Below are positions 12,050 to 26,313 of a stretch of 64,000 bases of DNA, in pieces. The translations under genes and the position numbers were made by a program. The notes under the pieces were generated by a model, which was given only the letters and a program-made list of their open reading frames with translations, searched no databases and was not told the origin of the DNA. This DNA comes from Cycas panzhihuaensis (lineage: Eukaryota > Plantae > Cycadophyta): the NCBI GenBank assembly GCA_023213395.1, contig CM041465.1, positions 20,894,001 to 20,958,000 on the forward strand. The letters are read 5' to 3'. Positions within the stretch are counted from its first letter, which is position 1. Each line of letters begins with the position of its first letter.

Positions 12050-13350
12050 GAGGTGGAGGAATATACCCTATTATTCCAAGAATTCTGAGATGTCTTTACA
12101 TGGGATTTCTCAGACATGAAGGGTATAAATCCTAGCATCGTGGCTTATAACCTCACTACCATCTTGGGAACTTATCTCATGTGACAAAAGTAATTCCCTT
12201 TACACCCTAAACTATTGGTTACTATCAAAATATAAGTGGAAAAGTTGCTAGACCCAAGTCTTATCACTTCTATTGATTACCCTAAATGGGTTTCTAACAT
12301 CATACTCGTTACCAAAAAGAACATAATGATTAGGATATGTGTTGATTTCTAAGATATCAATAATTCTTATCCTAAGGACAACTTCCCTCTCCTTTTTATT
12401 GATCAAATTATTAACCGAACCACTAGTTTTAAAGTCATTTCCTTAATGGATGACTTCTCCAAATATTATAAAATCTAAATATCCCCTGAAGACCATCATA
12501 AGATGGCCTTCACTACCCCATGGGGGACTTTTGCCTAGAAGGCTATGCCCTTTAGACTAAATAATATAGCTATAACCTACCAAAGGACTATGTAATTCAT
12601 TTTTTATGACCTAATAAATAAAACTCTTAAAGATTTCATGGATGATATGATAGGCCTCTCCCATAAGAGGGCTAATCATATTATAGACCTTAGAGTAATT
12701 TTCACAAGGTTCCACAAATATCATGTTAGCCTGAACCTTCTTAAATGTATTTTTATGATGGCAATTGGGAAGCTTCTAGGCTTCCTTGTATCTAAATAAA
12801 GAATCTAAGTCAACCCTGATAAGGTTAAAGCCATTGTCAAGATGCCACCCCCAAGAACCCAATGATAAATCAAGTCATTCTTAGGGAGGTTAGGATTCTT
12901 GAGGCATTTCTTAGCAAACTTTACCACAAATACCAAACCCCTAACTAACATGTTAAAGAAGGGGGCTCCATTCATGTGGTCACCTAAGTTGTAGGAAGCA
13001 TTTCAAGATCTTAAATAGGCCCTAGCATCTGCTCCTATATTGGCCCCCCCTCTCTTCAACTATCTCTTATATACCTCGGTGAATAATGAATCCCTAGGTG
13101 CCATGCTAGCAGAAAAGGAGTTCTTAGCATTATTCCATGCTACTTAGAATTTTAGGCACTACCTCCCACGTAAAACTACTTACATGATCATCTAATCTAA
13201 TCCATTAAGATATCTCCTAACCTAATCTGACTTGATAGGATAGGTAGGTAAATAGGTTGTCCTCCTCCAAGAATATGATCTTAAAATTATTAACCAAAAA
13301 TCTAAGAAGGGGATGATAGTTGTAGAGCAATTGGCTAATGTCACCATATG
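12050..13350 (+). pseudogene. Tat-2 RT and RNase H remnant
   Basis: DVFTWDFSDMKGINP, WVSNI, RICVDF, PKDNFPL, AFTTPWGTF, FMDD; RH has an internal deletion (GAMLA|EKEFLAL). Confidence 0.9.
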
Positions 13351-13429
13351 TAATTCTCTTAGAATTTTAGTTAACAATTCATTACAAGATGAGCCCATCC
13401 TTACTCTCTAACACTCATCTCCCTATCCA

Positions 13430-14412
13430 TTAGCTAATAGAAAATGGTATGGGTATATAACACAATACTACACTCAATAGTAATATCCTACCAGTGTGAG
13501 TGATAAAGTAAAGTTATGCATTAAGGCTTCTACTCGGTAATACTTCCTTATGTAGGATGTATTGTACAAACAATCCTTTGACGGCATTCTCCTTTATTAC
13601 CATAAATTCCATAGTGGCATTTGTAGAGGCCACTTTGGGGGCCAATTAATGGTCTAAAGAATTCTTTATATGGGGTACTATCAGCCAACCTTATTCAAGG
13701 ATATCCATGCTTATGCCCAATGTTGTCCCTACTGCCAAGAGCATGCTAATGTTATCCACCAGCATTCTTAGCCATTGCATGCTATCATGTCTCCATGATT
13801 CTTCTCCCAATGGGAACTAGCTTTGATTGGAGCCATTACTCTACCTTCATTAACCCAACATAAATTTATCCTAACCATAATTGAGTGCTTCACTAAATGG
13901 GCTAAGGCCATTCTATTATTTTCCACAACTAGCAAGATAATTATCACCTTCATGTATCAATACATCATCTATTAATTTAGGGTTCCAAACATCCTCATCA
14001 TATATAATGGAACTCTATTCTGTAATAAAGAGATGGATGAACTTTGTGAGAAATTCAAGATCTCTCATAAGACCTCATCCTCTTATTACCCCTAGGCCAA
14101 TGGCCAAATTAAATCTTTTAATAAAACCCTAATCAACATTTTAAAGAAAATCATTGCTCAATCTTAAAGAGATTGGTACACCTAACTCCACTTAGCTCTA
14201 TGGGCCTATCAAACCTTAATCTACAATACCATGAGGATGACACCTTTCTCCTTGATTTATGGAATTGAGATAATGTTACCTTTAGAAGTCAAGATCCCTT
14301 CTATAAAAGTATCCCTTAAAGAGTTTATTGATGAGGAATAGCACTGCTAGGCCCACCTCCTCAACCTTGAGACTTTGGATGAGAGATGCTTGTCCACATA
14401 CCAAACTAACTT
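13430..14412 (+). pseudogene. Tat-2 integrase, 5' part
   Basis: FHSGICRGHF, CCPYCQ, ECFTKWAKA, SSYYP*ANGQ, ALWAYQT. Confidence 0.9.
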
Positions 14413-14606
14413 TGTTCAGATATAATGTTTTATCTAGGGTCTCTATAGAAGGTTCTAGGGTTGTAACCAAAGGACATGTGTCCATATATAATGTGCCAGT
14501 TATAGGGTAGTTGAAAAGGGTAACAAACCCTAATTGTATATATACTCTTACACTCTCAATAAAGACATCAAGCATTCTTCATCTATTTTGAGTCATTAGT
14601 CTATCA
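14413..14606 (+). repeat. Copia-1 5' LTR
   Basis: TG...CA, 194 bp, about 89% identical to 25869-26061. Confidence 0.96.
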
Positions 14607-14617
14607 TGGTATTAGAG
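14607..14617 (+). promoter_or_regulatory. PBS, tRNA-iMet
   Basis: TGGTATTAGAG, one transition from TGGTATCAGAG. Confidence 0.9.
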
Positions 14618-15279
14618 AAGGCCTACCTAACTGCCTAAAAAGAAGTTCTAAGAGTTATAGAAAGGGTTCAAAATATAAAGACTCAATCAAAGTAAGGTCA
14701 ACATAAGATTCTAGAGTAAAGCTTTATTTATCAAAAAGAGACTCAGTCTACTACATTAAATTCCTATACGAACTTGTACGGTCATAAATCTTTTGAATTA
14801 CTCAGATCAAGATGAAACTTGGTGAAGAGACTCATCTCAATATGGAGAACAAGCATTTCTTCTACCTCAAACTGATTTGAAGCTATTTATAGGGTCTTTT
14901 ATCTTATTTTTTAGTTATGTGGGTTTTTAAGAGTTTTTGAAGATTCCTCTTCAGGTCTAACTCAAGTCTAGGTAAAAATCACTCAAAATCCTTTTGATGA
15001 TTAACACTAAGAGTTTGAATCTAATTTCATGAGTCTTCATATGAGATTTGAAAAGATTTAAGTATTCCTTTATTTAAATCCTAGCTCCCACTACTAGTTT
15101 TTTGGCATGTTTTTTCTATTTTTTTAGAGGTATTTAAAAAAAAAATCTCAGATCTAGAATCCATAAGAAAATACCTTTCTTTTGAGTCAATTATTTTTTG
15201 ATTTCATAAACCTTGATTTCTATATAGAAATCCATACAATTGTATGGCCTAGGGATTTTAATCTGTAGTCCTTCATTCC

Positions 15280-18200
15280 AAAATGACCTCATCCATCTTA
15301 GCTTTGTATAATAATGATAAACTTACTAATAACAACTATCATATTTAGAAAATCAAGATAGAAACTCTCCTAAGAGTAAAGAATGCATGGTGAATTACCA
15401 CATGAGATGAAGCCAAACCTAAGGATGATGGGACTACCTTAACTACATGGGAAGAATAGGATAATATAAGGGTTATAATATTAAAGCTATCAATATCTGA
15501 TTCTCTTCTTAAGAATTTATACTCCATGAAAAGTATTTAGAAATGTTTAGAGAATTTATATAAATATAAGAACAAAGCTAAGATAATAACCTAAAAAGAA
15601 GAATTGTTCAAACTCCACATGAAGGAATCTAAAACCATCACTAAGCTCTTACATAATGTGATTTCACTAAGAAATGACCTATCTAGTGTGGGTGCTCCAC
15701 TTATAGATCATGAGTTAGTAGAACTTATGGTCAACAGACTACCCAATTCATTTGATATAACAATAAACACCATCACTAATACTAATTAGATAGTAACAAT
15801 TACACTGGATACTTTGATTAGATTATTACTACAACATGAGTAAAGAAATATAATATATGAGGATGTAGGAGAACTTGAAGATACCTTTGCATCCAGATTA
15901 AACTTAGGATTCATAGGTTAAAGTAGAGGAAGAGCTAGAACTCTTAAAGGATGTGCTCCATCATGAGGCCATTGGTAAGATATACGAGGATGAGGATGTA
16001 ATACTACTCTAAGAATCTATTATAATTATAGTAAGACTCGTCATTTCATAACTTCATGTAGAGCTTTTGATGTGTATTATCATTATGGTCAATTAGGACA
16101 TTTCCCATATCAATGCCCAATTAGAAGAGCAGACATTAAAAGAGGAAAGCACCGAGTGGGAAACTATAGTAAGGAATAAGCCAGTGATGATGATGATATG
16201 GGAGAGGAAACAACCATCATCATTGCACTTATAAGAAGCCTCTAGGACATGGATATTTGGTGCATCGACTTAGGAGCATCATGCCATATGACCAATAGAG
16301 AAGAATGATTTGAAAGATTGCATCCATACTCTTTAGATAAACTAATGGAGTTAGGGGACAAATATCCCCTTGAAATAAAAGGAGTAGGGAACATAGCTAT
16401 CAAGATGCAAGACAAGATTAAAAAAATTAGAAATATACTCTTGATTCCTAGTTTAAAAAATAAACTTGTTATCTATCTCCTAGCTTAAAAAAAAATGGTT
16501 GTGTACTAATTTTGATGAAAAATAATATTTCCATATCCTTGACATGAAAAACAATGGCCATGTGATTACAAAAGAGGATAAAAGTAATGACCTATATAGG
16601 CTACTTTCACATCATATTTTTCTTGATGTAAAAGCATGTACTGTAGTGAGTCATAGTAATAAAATATGGCATTTGAAGTATGGACATCTTCCCATAAACA
16701 AATTAAAAAATATGGGAAAAGAGGGTTTAGTAAAAGGCCTACCCTTAATCACATCCAATAATTATGTATATAAAAGCTACCAATCAAGCAAGAAACATAG
16801 GTTGCCCTTCTAAGAAAGCAAGTGGCAAGCCCAAAAAAAATTAGAATTAATTCATACTAATTTATGTGGCCCGTTTACCCAATAATCTATTAATATATGC
16901 AGATACTTCCTTACATTCATAGATGATATGACTAGAAAAGTCTAGGTCTACTTCTTGGATAATAAATTAGAAGTCTATGATGTATTTAAAGAATTTAAAG
17001 TTGAAGTAGAGCTAAAGGCAGAAGTAAGAATTAAGTATATAAGATCTAATGGTAATGAAGAGTATATCTCCAAAAAAATTTTGAAATCCTATAAAGTAAA
17101 TAGAATTTAGAGGTAATTTGCAACACCTTACACACCGCTATCCAATGGGATTACAGAAAGGAAGAATAGATTCATCATAGAAATGGCTCATAGCATGATG
17201 TATGAGAAAAATGTTCTAAAAACATATTGGGTTAAAGTAGTTAACACAACCTACTACTTACTAAATAGGAGTACAACCAAGGTTGTAAATCATCTTACCC
17301 CTAAGGAGGCATGGATAAGAAGAAAACCAAATGTTAGTCATCTAAAAGTATTCAGTAATCAAGTGTTTTTTTACATCTAAGATAAAAAAAGTACAAAACT
17401 TGACTAAAAAATCTTGAAATGAGTCATGATTTACTATAACAAAATTTTTGAAGCTTACAAGTGTATTGATCCTAAGACTAATAAATATATGTAAGTTAGG
17501 ATGTCATCTTCAATGAAGAAGAAGAGGATACAAACTAGATCTAGGTCATAGAAAGAAAACCTTAGGTATTATCCTTAGACATTCCTACTCCTGTAGAAGA
17601 AGAATCCTGCATAACTTTAGAAGATATCTCAGAAGAAGACACCTCTCCTCAAGCCTCTCATAGTGATTCTAGTCCAAAAGAGGAAGAAAGTGAAGAATTA
17701 AGGATAAAGGAACTAAAAAAAGAAAAAATAATACTTAAATGATATATTGAGACTATTGAAGAAGGGAAAGGGGAGATACTTCCTCATAGAAAAAGGAGTT
17801 AGAAACATAAGGCCTTGATCAGTCAAGTAAAGCCATAATCATACACTGAAGCAAAAGAACACATTAAGTGGAGGAAAGCTATGGATGTTGTACTGGAATT
17901 TATAATTAAGAACCAGACTTAGGAACTAGTTGAACTGCCTCTCAATAAGCCTATTGTAAATTGTAAATGGATCTACAAAATCAAAGAAGGAGCCAATGGG
18001 AAGATAGAAAAGTATAAAGCAAGGCTAGTTACAAAAGACTACACATAAACAATAGGAGTGGACTATGAAGAAACTTTCTCACCTATAGCCAAACTAAATA
18101 CGGTGAGAATAGTAATAGCTCTAGTAATACAAAAGAATTTGAAGATTTACCAACTAGATATCAAAAGTGCATTCTTAAATGATGAAATAGAAGAAGAAAT

Positions 18201-18340
18201 CTACATGTCACAATCTAAGGATTACATCAAACAGGGATAAGAGCGATTGGTTTGTAGATTAAAAAGGCACTGTATGGTCTAAAATATGCCCCTCATACCT
18301 AGTATGTAAAACTAGATAACCATCTCTACAGCAATGGATT
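15280..18340 (+). pseudogene. Copia-1 gag-pol 5' part (gag, PR, INT, RT start)
   Basis: Two decayed CCHC knuckles, WCIDLGASCHMT, IWHLKYGH, TPYTPLSNGITERKNR, DYEETFSPIAK, QLDIKSAFLN. Confidence 0.93.
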
Positions 18341-18576
18341 TGTAACAGACCAATTCCATTACAGAAGATTTTAAGCCAAAAGGTGAGCAAGCATGCACCA
18401 GTAAATAATCAAATAATTGATTAATATTGAAATGTATAAAAGTTGATATTTTCATATTACATTTAGGGCCACATTTATATATATATAGGGCCCTTTCACA
18501 GAAGATTATGTTCTTTCGGCTACATCCTGTTGAAATAACATTTGATTAATTAACCTCTTTAAGGAGGTTTATAACA
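18341..18576 (-). repeat. Chromovirus 3' LTR
   Basis: About 27 mismatches in 236 bp versus 24601-24836; PPT adjacent. Confidence 0.96.
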
Positions 18577-18589
18577 ATTCCTCCCTCTT

Positions 18590-21500
18590 AAGATGTTTCA
18601 CCTACGAAACTCTCATGTCCAAAATTAGGATAAAGTTTGAGAAAATCAGAAGATTCCCAAGAAGCATCTTCAATAGGAAATTATTTCCATTTGATCAAGT
18701 ATTCTTGAATAGTCTTTCATCACAACCAATATTTTCAAACTTCAATGATAGCTTTTGGTAATAGGATTAATTTTCCTTCTTCATCTAAAAGGGGTAATTC
18801 TGTCTGCACCTGTATATGGTTCCCAATTTTCATTTTGATACATGACACATGAAATATATTATGTAATTTAGAAGTTGGTAGTTCCAAGGTATAAGCCACT
18901 TCTCCAATGTTTTGTTTAACCTAAAAATGCTAATAAAACCGAGGACTCAATTTCTCCTTTTGAGAATTTTTTAATGATGCTTTCTTCTATGGTTATAGTC
19001 TTACATAGACCCAATCTCCAACTTTGAATTCTCTTTCAGTACAATGTTTATTAGTTTATTATTTCATATGATTTTTGGCTTCTTCTAAATGTTGTTTTAA
19101 TATTTCAATTATGTTCTGTGATTCTTAGAGATAATCGTGAACTATCAGAATCCTATTATCCTTATTTAACCAATCCTTCAACTGAATTGGTTGATAATCA
19201 TATAATGCTTGAGATGTAGTCATTTTAAGAAGAATTATACTAGGCTTCAGCTAAGTGTAGGCACTTGACCTACAAATTCTATTTATCATCCACATGGTTC
19301 CATAAGTAATTTTCTAAACATTTGTTCACTACTTTAATTTGTCCATCTATTTTTGGATGATAACTGGTACTCATCTCTAATTTTGTACCCACTTTCCAAA
19401 ATAATTCTTGCTAAAAATGACTTAAGAATTTGGGATCCCTATCACTAATAATAGTTTATGGAAATCTATGTAATTTATGAATTTCTTTGACAAATACTTT
19501 GGCTAGCTACTGAGCTTTATAATTAGATTGAATGGGCATAAAATGAGCAAATTTTATTAAACAATCCAAAATCATGTAAATAACATCTCTTCCTTCTGAT
19601 TTTGATAAATTAGTAATAAAATCCATGCTAATACTTTCCCATTTTTATTTTGGAATAGGAAGAGGCTAGAGAAGTCCAGGAGTAGTAGTACATTCATATT
19701 TATTGACTTGACACACTATGCATTCAGATATAAATTTTTTAATGTCCTTCTTCATTCCCTTCTAGAAAAATGATTGTTTGGCTTGAAGATAAGTTTTATA
19801 AAATCCTTCATGTCCTACTATAGGTACTATATGTGCTTCATTTAATATCTTGGTATATAAGACTCAATTTACACCTAAGAATATTTGTTCTTTATACCAT
19901 AAAATATCATTTCTCCATTCATATTAGTCTTCTTTTCCTTGTAGAATTCTTTGAATAAGTTGTTGGATTTTAGGATCTTTCACATATTCTAATTGTAATT
20001 CCATGATCCATACTAGTTCTATCATTGAGATGGCTTTTAGCTGAGATTCTATACTTTCTTCATCTTTTTGTGATAATGCATCAACCACCACATTATTTTT
20101 TCCTTTATTATATGTTATGTCAAAATCAAATGCTTGAATTTTACTTATCCACTTCTATTGTTTAGGGAATAATTTGTTTTGTTTTAATAAATATTGCAAA
20201 CTGTTATGATCTGTCTTGACTATAAATTTGCTACCTAATAGATACTAATGCCATTTAACTAAAGCATATATAATGGCCAACATTTCCTTATCATAGGTAT
20301 ATTTTAGAATTTCTCTATTATTTAGCTTTCTACTCTCAAATGCAATGGGTTTATCTTCTTGCATTAGTACTATACCAATTCTTGTTTATGATGCATCACA
20401 TTCTATTATAAAAATTTTAGAAACATTAGGTGATATTAGTATTGGTAACTGGGTCATTATTTTCTTAACTTGTTTGAAACACTTTGTTGCTTCTTCATTC
20501 CATTGAAAAGAATCTTTTTTCAATAAACAAGTTAAGGCAACTATTCTTTGTGTATAATTTTTAACAAAACATCAATAATATCCTATTAATCTTAGAAATC
20601 CTTAGAGTCTTGTAATATTTTTAGGTATCGACCATTCTTGAATTGATTTGACTTTCCCTATGTTCTCTCTAATTCCTTCTTTTGATACAAGATGACCCAG
20701 ATATTCTATTTCTTTCATTCCAAAATAATATTTTGATTTATTAGCATAAAATTTTTGTTTCTTTAAGGTGCTCAATACTTGGTCAAGATGGTTCACATGT
20801 TCTTCCCATTGTTTATTGAATACTAATATGTCATCAAAGAAGACTAAGATAAACTTCTACAAGAAAGGTTTTAGAACTTGATTCATTATAGCTTGGAATG
20901 TGACTGGTGCATGGGTTAGGCCAAAGGGCATTACCTTGAATTCATAATAACCATGGTATGTACTAAATGATGTTCTGTACATATCTTCTATTTTAATACG
21001 AATTTGATAATAACATGACTTTAAATCAAATTTAAAAAAATATTTTTCTCTAAGTAAATTTTCTAGCAACTCATCAATCCTTGGTATAGGAAATTTATTT
21101 TTTATTATAACTTTATTTAGTACTTGGTAGTCTATGCACATACGATAAGATCCATCTTTCTTCCTTACTAAGATTATAGGTGTTGCAAACGAGCTTTTAC
21201 TAGGAGTTATTACTCCTATATCCAATAATTCTTCTATGATATTTTTAATCTCATTTCGATAATGATGTGGTTTATAGGGTCAAATAACAATTAGATTAGT
21301 GCCTACTTCTAGCTCAATTTAATGTTCAAATCCCCTGTCCAGTGACAATTCTACTGGAATATTTTAGAAAACTTCTTTATATTTCTAAATAACCTTTTGA
21401 AGTTTATTTTCTTGTGTAGTTAGCTTAATTTCTACTTGGATCGAAAAAAGTTAAGCCATTATAACACAATAACCTTTCTTGATTAATTTTTCCATTTGTT

Positions 21501-23172
21501 TACAAGATATTAGTTGGCTATTCCTAGGTTTCTCTCCTTAAAGGATGATAGTTATTCCATCTTTCTTATATCTCACAAATAATTCTTCAAGATTCATTTT
21601 AAAAGTTCCCAAAGTTCTTATCCACTAACTTCCTAGAATAATATCTACTCCACCAACATCCAATACATAAAAAAATTCTTTAAGAATGACATCGCCTATT
21701 AAGATTTTAAGGTTTTCCATTATTCCTTGTCTAGATATAACTTAATGCCCCCTAACACTTACTTGAAAAGGTGTTGTTCTAGATGGAAATAGTTTTAAGT
21801 GTTGACTTGATATTTTATTAATAAAATTATGAGTACTTTTGGGATCGATCAAAATCATAATAACTTAGTTTTTAATAAATCCTCATAGTTTAAGCATGTC
21901 AAACCTTATTAGACCACTCATAGTTAAGAAATACATTTTTAAGATGTCCTCCTCTTAGTTAAATTGGTATTCCCAAATTTCAATAGTATTTTCTTAGCCA
22001 TATTATATATCATCCTCTTCTTTAGTTTCCTCATTTTCTACTACTGGGGATAATTCAATTGTATATAATTAATTTTTTTGACATTTATGACTAGGTATGT
22101 ATTTTTTAGCACACCTTACGCATAGATTCTTTTTCTATAATTCTTCTTGCTTGGCTCTTGTCCTTTGAAGTAATGGTTTAGCTGGTTGAGTAACTATGCT
22201 AGGTACTAGACTAGGTCGTATAGTTGAAGGAGGACTAGAATGAGCATAAGGAGGAATATACTATCTTGTTCTTACTTTTTGTAATTCATTGACATTTCCT
22301 TCCTATATTTTAGAAAGTTGTATTGCCTTATTCAGATTCTGAGGTTCTTGAATTTTGATGTCTACTTGCATCTCCATGGTTAAGTCATCTATATATAATT
22401 GGATAAGTCAATTCATGGGAATGTCTTCTAAAACATAACTTAACTTTGTAAATATTGTATTATATTCTTCTATAGATCCTATTTGTTTTAATCCTTGTAA
22501 CTCACAATAATAATCATGATTAGATATAGTGTCAAACCATTTGATGAATAAATGCACAAATTCTTTTCAAGTTAGAAGTTGAGTTTGAAAAGAGGTTTGT
22601 TCTAGACACTGCCACCATTCACATCCTATCCCATCCATGTGTAGGGTGGCTAATTGAACTTGCTCTACTAGCTCAATCTCCATTAAGCGAAAGTAGTTTT
22701 CCATTTGTTGTATCCACACTCTTGGCTCATGTAATTTTTGCTCTATACTGAAATGTTGTATAGTAATTTTTTCTAACTTTTCCTTTTTCTATGTTTGAAT
22801 ACTTTGTAAGCAATTAAAGTATGCTTGAAAACCCACTATCTTCTATTCTCCAGGAGTTAAATTCTAGTATTCATTAAGATACTTTTTGATAGCCTAATTT
22901 TTAAAATTAATTAGAGATATCTAAGTCCCTAATTGATTTCTTGTAGTTTGATGTCTAATATATGATTGACGACTTATTATTTCATCTTTTAAATCTAGCA
23001 CGACCATATCCTCCTTTCTACTTATTGCTATGATCTTTAGTTCATCCAAAATTTGGTGTAAGGTATGATTGAAGAGAACATTTGATGTTTGAACTACACT
23101 ATGGACTACTTGAGTGATTGGTTTAATGATCTCTTCTTGAATAATGTTGTCTACCATATCTTTTGTATTCAT
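18590..23172 (-). pseudogene. Chromovirus gag-pol with chromodomain
   Basis: Gag LHMDG..WWQ, PR ILIDPKSTHNFI, RT KKDGSYRMCIDY and VMPFGLTHAP, INT SMDFI, chromodomain EYLIKWK..IEDASWE (about 18650-18710). Confidence 0.92.
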
Positions 23173-24586
23173 TACTTTAATAACTATATATGTGTGATTC
23201 CACTGCTTGACTATAGTATTTAGGTTTATTAAGAAGATAGATAGTGAATGCTTCTCCTATTAACTTTTTGACTCTTATACTAACTGAACTTCAATACCCT
23301 CCAAATAAGTTTTCTGCCTTTGATTAACCCTACTCGAAGTGACTCGACTGGTTACCTTCATAAAATAGAATGTCAAAATTAATTCGGCATTCAATATTAA
23401 GGGATAAATTGAATGAATAGAATAGTTTAGAAGGATGTCTACCAATAAACCATCTGATAAGTTGTATAAATTATTAATGAAGGAAACAGTGAAGATAGAT
23501 GGATTAATATAAATAACTTAGCAAAAAAGGTAGTAATATTGAATAGATATAATAAATAACTTATGTAAGTGATAATAAAAATTATATTGTGATTATGAAA
23601 GAAATATATTAAACTCTTTAAATATGATAAGAAAATAATTTTTAATAGTATAAATATATAGCTATTAAAAGACTTATCTGGATGGTTTTAGGGCTATACT
23701 ACCACATAAAGAATATCCTAAGTGGACAAATCTATAGGATGTAGTTAATATGATATATAAGTAAATGCTTAATATATAAATGATGAATCAGGTCAATTCA
23801 AATGTAATTCAGGTGATACTAAATGTATAATAGTATTATGATTAAAATAAGACTACTAAAACCCTATGATAAAATGATTAATAAAAGAAATTGTATTAAT
23901 CTTATTACCATATAAGAATATATATGTTATGATACTATACACTTGATGAATATATAAAAAGTATATTATATATAAGTAAAACACGATGAAATTATGATTA
24001 CTACTTATGTAATATAATAGCTATAACATATATAACATAATATATATACACGAACGCCATTACTGGAGTTGAAGTAATGAATTCACTTCCTAAATCTTTG
24101 AAGATGCAGATGCACAGACGATCGCCCATAAGTAGTGAATACTGAGAAGATGGAATGGTACGAACAAGATGAAACTGACACAGATGGTAACCAATGTTAG
24201 ATGAACAAGATGGAACTAGTGGCATGTAGTTTCTATATTAGGCGAATGGCTTTGAGACAGATGCGTAGGTGTGTAGCTTTAATATTAAGGCTTTAAATGA
24301 CTCTAAGATAAACGTGTAGGTGTATGGCTTTAATATTGAGGAAGCTAGTAGATTACTAATATTCTTATGATTTAAGGTAATAAAGGTGCGTCTGTATGAA
24401 GTGATGGTGAAACGAAACTAAAATAGAGATTTGGCAGTCAAAGATACTAGCTGAATAAACAAAAATATAGCATAGGTTAAGCATAATAACTAGATGGTTG
24501 ATGAACATAACCAACCCTATTAGATAGATGAACAATTGATAATAGAGGATATCAATGGATATAGTCTCAAAAAGAGCAGGAACGGT

Positions 24587-24598
24587 GCTCTGATACCA
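24587..24598 (-). promoter_or_regulatory. PBS, tRNA-iMet
   Basis: Perfect TGGTATCAGAGC on the minus strand. Confidence 0.95.
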
Positions 24599-24600
24599 CT

Positions 24601-24836
24601 TGTAACAGACCAATTCCATTATAGAAGATTTTAAGTTGAAGTGTGAGCAAGCACACACTAGTAAATAATCAAATAATTGATTAATATTGAAATGAATAGA
24701 AGTTGATGTTTTCATATTATATTTAGGGCCACATTTATATAAATATGGAGTCCTTTCATAGAATATTATGTTCTTTTGACTACATCCTCTCAAAATAATA
24801 TTTGATTAATCAACCTCTTTAAGGAGGTTTATAACT
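24601..24836 (-). repeat. Chromovirus 5' LTR
   Basis: Direct repeat of 18341-18576, next to PBS. Confidence 0.96.
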
Positions 24837-24841
24837 GGCTT

Positions 24842-25860
24842 CCATAAGAGTAGCTCAGGATCGAGTCTATATATAAAGAATAGAAATGGTGCAATCATTA
24901 TAATAGTAGTATATGTTGATGATATGATCCTCACTAATGATAATGAGGTATCAATATCTGATATAAAGAATCAACTAGAGAACAAGTTTAAAATGATAGG
25001 TTTGGGACTTCTTAATTACTATTTGAGCATCCAGATTGATCAACAAAGCATTGCAATCACCTTGTGCCAAAGCAAATACATTAAAAATTTGCTAATTAAA
25101 TTTCAGATGGACAAATGCAACCCATGCTCCACTTCCATAGAAGTAAATTGTAATCTAACTCTAGATGAAAAGGAACCATGTGTGGATGCCACTCTGTACA
25201 GATAACTTATAAGTAGCCTCATCTATTTCATAGCTACCAAACTTGATATTTTATATGCAATAGATATGATATCAAGATATATGCATGAGCCTAGAATAAA
25301 ACATTGGAATACTACAAAGAAGATTTTGAGATATTTAAAAGGAACATGAGAACTAAAATTAATATTTCCAAAAGGAACATCTTATTAGTTGATAGGCTTC
25401 TATGACTTAGACTGGCCAAGTGACAAAAAACAAAAGAAATCAACTAGTGGACATTATTTCTTTCTAGGCTCAACACCAATTTCCTGGAGTAGCAAAAAAT
25501 AAGCAACTATAACATAGCCATCTATAGAGGTAGAGTATAAATCAATAGTTATTATAATTACTAAAGCAATCTAACTAAGACAACTTTTGGATGACCTAAA
25601 GGACCCTCAAAAGATAACTACTACACTCTACTGTGATAATCAAAGTGCCATCAAGCTCACCAAAAATCTAGTGCTTCATGCTAGGACTAAGCACATTGAG
25701 GTACACCATCATTTTATTCAAGAAAAAGTTTAAAATAAGGAGATAGATCTTGTTTATTATCCAACAAGTGATCAAGTAGCTGATATATTGACAAAGCCTA
25801 TAGGAAAAGATATATTCAAATCTCTTAGAGATAAAATAGGATTAAAAGTATAAAATATTA
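24842..25860 (+). pseudogene. Copia-1 RT/RNase H 3' part
   Basis: [43 protein letters not shown]. Confidence 0.95.
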
Positions 25861-25868
25861 AGAGAGGG

Positions 25869-26061
25869 TGTTAGAATGTAATGTTTTATCTAGGGTCTCT
25901 AGAGAATGTCTAGGGTTATAACCAAAGGACACGTGTCCATATGTAATATATCAGTTATAAGGTAATTCAAAAGGGTAACAAACCCTAATTATATATATAC
26001 TTTTATACTCTCAATAAAGACATCAGGAATTCTTTATCTATTTTGAGTCATTAGTCTATCA
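25869..26061 (+). repeat. Copia-1 3' LTR
   Basis: Follows PPT; followed by TSD AACTT. Confidence 0.96.
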
Positions 26062-26313
26062 AACTTGGCATCCAAGGCTAGGGCATAAAGGATGCATGAC
26101 AAATATCTATGTCCTCGACCCTTGAATCTTGGGGACCAAGTCCTTAAGTTGGAATACCTTTATGACTGCCTATCTAAATTTTGCCCCAAATGAATAGGCC
26201 CTTTTATTATCCTTGAGAACCTTGACAATGGCAGTTACATAATATCCATGTTAGAGGGTCTCAAGTTTTACAAATCTATAAATGGCAAATTTCTAAAGAA
26301 ATTCTATGGTTGA
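26062..26313 (+). pseudogene. Tat-2 integrase C-terminus (GPY/F module)
   Basis: SKFCPK*IGPFII..NGSY..INGKFLKKFYG*. Confidence 0.88.

Larger units (their letters stand above)
18341..24836 (-). mobile_element. Complete degenerate chromovirus (Reina-like Ty3/Gypsy) inserted in Copia-1 RT
   Basis: 236-bp paired LTRs, TSD GGATT/GGCTT, iMet PBS, PPT 18577-18590, C-terminal chromodomain; Copia frame rejoins as NG-FHKS. Confidence 0.95.
14413..26061 (+). mobile_element. Complete degenerate Ty1/Copia 'Copia-1' inserted in Tat-2 integrase
   Basis: Paired LTRs, TSD AACTT (14408-14412 and 26062-26066), PBS TGGTATTAGAG, PPT AAGAGAGGG, gag-PR-INT-RT-RH order. Confidence 0.96.

Noticed and set aside
24001-24793. 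ORFs 24001..24225 and 24365..24793 as an extra chromovirus gene
   Set aside because: They run through LTR, PBS and leader, with compositionally biased translations and no motifs.
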